The position numbers were made by a program, and so were the translations under genes. The notes below the pieces were generated by a model, which was not told the origin of the DNA, did no database searches, and saw only the letters and a program-made list of their open reading frames with translations. Positions 1 through 4,068 of a stretch of 4,068 bases of DNA are shown here, piece after piece. The first letter of the stretch is position 1. Each line of letters begins with the position of its first letter. Origin of the DNA: a virus (lineage: Duplodnaviria > Heunggongvirae > Uroviricota > Caudoviricetes); IMG/VR virus record IMGVR_UViG_2734482785_000010. One strand, written 5' to 3'.

Positions 1-3000
1 CCGTTTTTCCGTACTATCAGGCGGCATGACGAATAAATATCGTTATTCTCCCGCTCATGTTTAGCGCCGCTGAATGCCACCGCCGGAATAACAATCTGCC
101 GGTCAAACGGCTGATCGTCATAAACCCTGACGGTGATGGTCCCTGATGGCCACCGTTCCGGTGCACGGGAGTCCCGGGGGAAAGCTTTGCCCACTGTTTT
201 AACGAGATCGCCTTCAATCTGGTTGGCGGACAATTTTCCCAGAACCCGACAGTTCTCGTTAATCGTGACGTTGTTGAGCGTCCCGGAGTTCGCATTCACG
301 TTACCGCTGATATCGGCATTTTTCGCCGTCAGCCGCCCGTCCGGTGTCAGGGAAAATGCCGGAGGATTACCGCCGCTGGTAATGGTCGGAGCCGTCAGGC
401 GTTTCAGGAACACGTCGTTCATGAATATCTGATCGCCCTGACCAACAAACATCGGCTTTGTGTTGCCATTCGCAGGATTAATCATCGCAATCCGGTCAGC
501 AGCCAGAAGCACCTGACTCTGCATACCTGCTGGCGTATTCTCAATACCGGCTCCGATACCCGCAATATAAAGGCGTCCGTCCTTCATCTGCTGCAGTTTC
601 ACGGCCCACATGCTGTTCAGGTTATTATTTGTATCAACCTGAACTTTCTGTATCTGCTGGATTGCCGCACTCTGGTCTTCCAGTTTTTTATTGACGGTCT
701 GCGTGATTTCATTGCTGACATTCGTAATGGACGTCCTGATTTCAGCCAGGTCAGGCGCAAGCTGACCGTTATCAATCTGCGTCCACAGCTCCTGGGCCAG
801 ATGTGTTTTCCCGATTTCTCCTTTGAAAAAATCCAGGTAACCTTCCGCATCATCGCTCGCCCGACCGACAGCCTCCACGAATGCCGATTTGCCGACTGTG
901 TTCACACTGCGAACGTAAAAATAATAATCATGGCCCGGCTTAATATTGATACTGGCGGCTATCCAGTACAGCGCCGTGCCAAGATATCGGGCTGTGGTTT
1001 CAACCTGTCTGATATCCGCAATCCGCTTTTCCGAGAACCAGAACTCAAACTGTACCGTCGGGTCATAAACGGCAAGATGCGGCGTGGCGGTTATCTGAAA
1101 ATAGCCCGGCGTCAGCTCAATCCGCGACGGCGCTGCCGGTGCGGCAATCCGGAACGATACCGATGCCGGATCGCCCTGCTGTCCCCACGCATTTACCGCC
1201 CGGACTGTCAGCCTGTAGTTCCCCAGCGCCAGTTGCGTGAAGCGGTATGTGGTTTCCGCCGTCCGGGCCGTGCTGACCAGCCGCTCACTGCCGTCATCCG
1301 CTGTCACGGTCAGGCGGAGCAGGAAGCTCACCCCCTTCACCACCTTCGGTGTATCCCAGCGCGCCAGCACCTGATATTCCCCGCTGTCTGCGGAGACTTC
1401 GGCAGTCAGGTGCTGTACCGCTGGCGGCGTGACACCATTCACCGTGCCGCTCAGATCGCCGTCAAAGTGCGCCCCGTTATCCACGATGGCTTCTTTTTCC
1501 GGTACATGCTGCACGGCGGTGATGGCATACGTGCCGTCGTCGTTCTCACGGATACTCACGCAGCGGAACAGGCGCTGGCGCAGCGTCGGCAGCTTCAGCC
1601 CCCACACGCTGTATCCGGCAACGCCGTCAGGAACACGGCTCACTTTTACCTTCACGCCGTCGGTGACGGACTGGACCTCCACGCTGACCGGATTGCCACT
1701 TCCGTCAACCAGGCTTATCAGCGTGGTACCGGAGGATGGCAGCGTGATTTCACGGTCGAGCGTCAGCGTCCGGGTCTGGCTGTTTACCGCCAGCACGCGC
1801 CCGCCGGTGCTGATACCGGCATAGTCATCATCGCAGATTTCAATGACATCGCCCGGTACATGGCGAAGCCCTTCGGCACCCACGCTGAAGTCCACGGTCT
1901 GCGTCTCCAGCAGCTCCGTTTTAATCAGCCACAGCCCGGCGCGGTGTGCCTGCCCCCGGCTGGTACAGCCAAAGGCATCCATCTTCGTGACGTTACGACC
2001 GTAACGGGCAATGGCCTGCGTATCCTCAACAAGCTCTGTTGCCGTCTCCCAGCCGTTGTTCGGGTCAATCCAGTTCACCTCAACGGCATTATGGCGGTCT
2101 TTCAGGGCGCTGAAGCTGTAGCGGAACGGCGCGCCATCATCCGGCATCACCACATTACTGCGGTTATAGGTCCACACCTTATCTGATGGCCGGTCCTGCA
2201 CGAACGTCAGCGTCTGCCCGTTCCATACCGGCATACAGCGCATCGCAGAGCAGAAATCACTGAGCACATCCCACGCCTTGCGCTGTGTGGTCAGGTACGC
2301 ATTACAGGTGATGCGCGGCTCCGTGCCGCCAAAACCGTCCGGCACTGACTGGTCGCAGTACTGGCCCATGACATACAGCGCCCATTTGTCCACATCTGCC
2401 GCACCAAGACGTTTCCCCATGCCGTAGCGCGGGTGAGTCAGCATATCCCACAGACACCAGGCCATGTTGTCGCTGTACGCTGGCCTGAACGTTCCGTCCC
2501 AGATACCGCTGTATTGCCGCGTCTGCGGGTTATAGTTCGACGGCACCTGCAGAATGCGCCCGCGAAGATGATAATTACGGCTCACCTGCTGGCTGCCGAA
2601 CTGCTCCGAGTCCACCTGCACGCCGACCAGTGCCGTGTTCGGGTAGCACTGTTTCACATCGATGATTTCGGTGTATGACGACCAGAGCGTTTTGTTCTGC
2701 AGCTGGTCTGTGGTGCTGTCCGGCGTCATCCTGCGCATCCGGATATTAAACGGGCGCGGCGGCAGGTTATCCACCACCACCGAGGCCAGATACTGTGAGG
2801 TGGTTTTGCCCTTAATGGTGATGTCTTTTTCCGTCACCCAGCCACCATTACGTTGTATCTGAACCAGCAGGCGAACTTCCGACGGATTCCGGTCCCCCTT
2901 TGAAGTGGTTTCCACCAGTGCCTGAACACCGAAGGTAAAGCGCAGACGGTCGATGTTTGCCGACGTGATGGTCCGGGTGATCGGCGTGTCGTACTTCACC

Positions 3001-3278
3001 TCCGTACCCAGCACCGTCTCGGAGCCGGAGGATTCAAAACCCTCCGGCGGTGTCTGCTCCTGCTCACCGGCACGGAACACCACCGTGACACCGGCGATGT
3101 TGGTATTCCCTTCACTGTCCAGCACCGGCGTACTGTTCAGCAGCACGCTTTTTAATCCATCCACCGGACCTTCAATCGGTCCTTCACTGATGGCATCAAT
3201 CACACTCAGCAACTGCGTGGACTTCAGGTTGTCCTTCGCTTCGCGCGGGGTATGCCCCTTACTGCTGCCTTTACCCAT
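1..3278 (-). CDS. J: Tail tip host-specificity protein J (central tail fibre), lambda-like; N-terminal 1092 codons, 3' end beyond window start
   Basis: Seen in sequence: ATG at 3278 (plus-strand 'cat' 3276-3278) preceded by GGAG 8 nt upstream. I checked every in-frame codon from 3278 to 3 on the minus strand and found no stop. Translation begins [44 protein letters not shown] and at the window edge reads ...[25 protein letters not shown]. From memory, the N-terminus matches phage lambda gpJ, which is 1132 aa, so about 40 codons plus the stop would lie beyond position 1. Missing from the ORF track only because it has no stop inside the window. Confidence 0.95.
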   Translation of the reverse strand, partial: MGKGSSKGHTPREAKDNLKSTQLLSVIDAISEGPIEGPVDGLKSVLLNSTPVLDSEGNTNIAGVTVVFRAGEQEQTPPEGFESSGSETVLGTEVKYDTPITRTITSANIDRLRFTFGVQALVETTSKGDRNPSEVRLLVQIQRNGGWVTEKDITIKGKTTSQYLASVVVDNLPPRPFNIRMRRMTPDSTTDQLQNKTLWSSYTEIIDVKQCYPNTALVGVQVDSEQFGSQQVSRNYHLRGRILQVPSNYNPQTRQYSGIWDGTFRPAYSDNMAWCLWDMLTHPRYGMGKRLGAADVDKWALYVMGQYCDQSVPDGFGGTEPRITCNAYLTTQRKAWDVLSDFCSAMRCMPVWNGQTLTFVQDRPSDKVWTYNRSNVVMPDDGAPFRYSFSALKDRHNAVEVNWIDPNNGWETATELVEDTQAIARYGRNVTKMDAFGCTSRGQAHRAGLWLIKTELLETQTVDFSVGAEGLRHVPGDVIEICDDDYAGISTGGRVLAVNSQTRTLTLDREITLPSSGTTLISLVDGSGNPVSVEVQSVTDGVKVKVSRVPDGVAGYSVWGLKLPTLRQRLFRCVSIRENDDGTYAITAVQHVPEKEAIVDNGAHFDGDLSGTVNGVTPPAVQHLTAEVSADSGEYQVLARWDTPKVVKGVSFLLRLTVTADDGSERLVSTARTAETTYRFTQLALGNYRLTVRAVNAWGQQGDPASVSFRIAAPAAPSRIELTPGYFQITATPHLAVYDPTVQFEFWFSEKRIADIRQVETTARYLGTALYWIAASINIKPGHDYYFYVRSVNTVGKSAFVEAVGRASDDAEGYLDFFKGEIGKTHLAQELWTQIDNGQLAPDLAEIRTSITNVSNEITQTVNKKLEDQSAAIQQIQKVQVDTNNNLNSMWAVKLQQMKDGRLYIAGIGAGIENTPAGMQSQVLLAADRIAMINPANGNTKPMFVGQGDQIFMNDVFLKRLTAPTITSGGNPPAFSLTPDGRLTAKNADISGNVNANSGTLNNVTINENCRVLGKLSANQIEGDLVKTVGKAFPRDSRAPERWPSGTITVRVYDDQPFDRQIVIPAVAFSGAKHERENNDIYSSCRLIVRKN

Positions 3279-3286
3279 TTCTCACG

Positions 3287-3290
3287 CTCC
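3287..3290 (-). promoter_or_regulatory. Shine-Dalgarno (GGAG) for J, 8-nt spacer to ATG
   Basis: Plus-strand 'ctcc' at 3287-3290 reads GGAG on the minus strand; spacer CGTGAGAA; ATG at 3278. Confidence 0.6.
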
Positions 3291-3299
3291 ATAACGACA

Positions 3300-3319
3300 A
3301 AACCGCCCGCAGGCGGTTT
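3300..3319 (-). other. Inverted repeat / GC-rich stem-loop in the I-J intergenic region, followed on the coding strand by a U-rich run (weak terminator- or attenuator-like RNA structure)
   Basis: Plus strand 3300-3319 = aaaccgcc cgca ggcggttt: perfect 8-bp arms with a 4-nt loop. On the minus-strand transcript this is AAACCGCC-UGCG-GGCGGUUU followed by UGUCGUUAU and then the J GGAG. The structure is seen directly; any function is inference. Confidence 0.35.
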
Positions 3320-3337
3320 CACATAAAACATTTTGCA

Positions 3338-3985
3338 TCAGCGACCAATCACCACAACCTGACCACCGTCACCTTCGTCTGCCGTGCTGATCTCCTGAGA
3401 TACCACCCGCGACCCCACACGCATTTCCCCGTACAGAACGGGCAGAACATTGCCCTGGGCAACCATGTTATCCAGTGAGGAGAAATACGTGTTTTGTTTG
3501 CCGTTATCTGTTGCCTGTGTACGGGGAGTTCTGGCTTTCGGTGCCAGCATCTGCGCCACACCGCCCAGGATCATACTGGCCCCTGCCGCATACATACCCG
3601 ATACAGCCGCGGCTCCCAGCCAGCCCACAGGGTTCCACCATGCCACAGCCATCAGCGCCGCCCCCAGCACTGCCTGAAACACACCGCCACTTTTGGCACC
3701 TGCCAGACGCGGTACGATGTGGATCACGGCACCATTTGCCAGCGGCTCATTAAGACGGGCAGATAATTCAGTTTCACCTGTATCACGCCCGGCAATGCGT
3801 ACCTGATACCAGCCGTCGCTCAGCTTCTGACGAAACGCCGGGATCTGCATGGCCAGCGCCCGGATGGCTTCGGCCCCCGTTTTCACACGCAAATCGATGC
3901 GGCGGCCAAATCGTTGTAAATCCCCGTAAAGGCAGATGCGTGCCATGCCCGGTGACGCCAGAGGGAGTGTGTGCGTCGCTGCCAT
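3338..3985 (-). CDS. I: Tail tip assembly protein I (lambda gpI family; ubiquitin-like N-terminal domain plus hydrophobic Gly/Ala-rich segment), 215 aa
   Basis: Complete ORF in the supplied track (ATG at 3985, TGA at 3340-3338). The protein begins MAATHTLPLASPGMARICLYGDLQRFGRRIDLRVKTGAEAIRAL and ends NGKQNTYFSSLDNMVAQGNVLPVLYGEMRVGSRVVSQEISTADEGDGGQVVVIGR, which match lambda gpI as I recall it. No alternative upstream start exists: the I frame has an in-frame stop 12 codons upstream of the ATG. Sits immediately upstream of J in the same orientation, as in the lambda K-I-J order. Confidence 0.93.
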   Translation of the reverse strand: MAATHTLPLASPGMARICLYGDLQRFGRRIDLRVKTGAEAIRALAMQIPAFRQKLSDGWYQVRIAGRDTGETELSARLNEPLANGAVIHIVPRLAGAKSGGVFQAVLGAALMAVAWWNPVGWLGAAAVSGMYAAGASMILGGVAQMLAPKARTPRTQATDNGKQNTYFSSLDNMVAQGNVLPVLYGEMRVGSRVVSQEISTADEGDGGQVVVIGR

Positions 3986-4068
3986 TTGTCGGTGTACCTC
4001 TCTCGTTTGCTCAGTTGTTCAGGAATATGGTGCAGCAGCTCGCCGTCACCACAGTAAATGGCGGCATG
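3883..4068 (-). CDS. K: Tail assembly protein K (lambda gpK family, NlpC/P60-type), C-terminal 61 codons; 5' end beyond window end
   Basis: Seen in sequence: the only open minus-strand frame entering from the window end translates HAAIYCGDGELLHHIPEQLSKRERYTDKWQRRTHSLWRHRAWHASAFTGIYNDLAAASICV and stops at TGA (plus 3885-3883). The other two minus frames hit stops within 20 codons. Its position directly upstream of I and its 103-bp overlap with the I start fit the lambda K/I arrangement as I remember it. Confidence 0.82.
   Translation of the reverse strand, partial: HAAIYCGDGELLHHIPEQLSKRERYTDKWQRRTHSLWRHRAWHASAFTGIYNDLAAASICV
3997..4002 (-). promoter_or_regulatory. Possible Shine-Dalgarno (GAGAGG) for I, embedded in K coding sequence, about 11-nt spacer
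   Basis: Minus-strand sequence ...AGCAAACGAGAGAGGTACACCGACAAATGG; the purine-rich GAGAGG ends 11 nt before the I ATG. The spacer is longer than optimal, so initiation may depend on coupling to K translation. Confidence 0.35.

Noticed and set aside
17-295. Minus-strand 92-aa ORF and plus-strand 99-aa ORF (133..432)
   Set aside because: Both overlap the J C-terminal coding region in a wrong frame or on the opposite strand; the true J frame is continuous through this interval.
617-853. Minus-strand 78-aa ORF
   Set aside because: Same strand as J but in a different frame ((3278-853) is not a multiple of 3); the J frame is open across it.
1429-1824. Plus-strand 131-aa ORF
   Set aside because: Antisense to J and nested within the spurious 461-aa ORF region; Ser/Thr/Pro-rich composition with no recognisable motif.
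801-2186. Long plus-strand ORF (461 aa) from the ORF track
   Set aside because: Lies entirely antisense to the J coding frame, which is open for 1092 codons with a recognisable lambda gpJ N-terminus. The translation is Arg/Cys/His-rich low-complexity (e.g. [30 protein letters not shown]), typical of the reverse strand of a GC-rich gene. No RBS or family resemblance.
2433-3294. Three plus-strand ORFs (2433..2678, 2662..2862, 2953..3294)
   Set aside because: All antisense to the N-terminal half of J; short, compositionally biased, and lacking start-site signals.
3300-3319. Possibility that the I-J inverted repeat is a protein-binding operator or an attachment/recombination core
   Set aside because: It is a single short GC-rich palindrome inside a late structural operon, with no flanking direct repeats, no nearby integrase or regulator gene, and no second copy in the window. 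An RNA secondary-structure role is the simpler reading.
3349-3766. Four short ORFs overlapping gene I (3349..3561 minus; 3450..3677, 3475..3753 and 3494..3766 plus)
   Set aside because: Off-frame or antisense to the I coding sequence, whose product has a conserved gpI N- and C-terminus; no independent support.
1-4068. CRISPR array, tRNA/tmRNA, IS element or terminal inverted repeats, prophage att site
   Set aside because: No regularly spaced direct repeats, no tRNA-like cloverleaf candidates in non-coding sequence (only 59 bp is non-coding), no transposase-like ORF and no flanking inverted or direct repeats were seen.

Overview
This window is the tail-tip module of a lambda-like (lambdoid) siphophage or prophage, read here as the reverse complement of the usual lambda map, so all genes are on the minus strand. 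It holds the last 61 codons of tail assembly gene K (4068..3883), the complete tail-tip assembly gene I (3985..3338, 215 aa), and the first 1092 codons of host-specificity gene J (3278..1), which runs off the window start without a stop. I checked every in-frame J codon by hand and found no stop. The ORF track omits J and K because they are open at the window edges; all other ORFs in the track are off-frame or antisense and I reject them. I see no tRNA, CRISPR array, IS element, att site or defence/toxin gene. I do not find a previously undescribed system here: this is a well-known, densely coding structural operon. The points worth a second look are the 103-bp out-of-frame K/I overlap, a GC-rich hairpin plus U-run between I and J, an apparently mosaic central segment of I, and the J receptor-binding end, which is cut by the window. 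Comparisons to lambda are from memory and need alignment to confirm.
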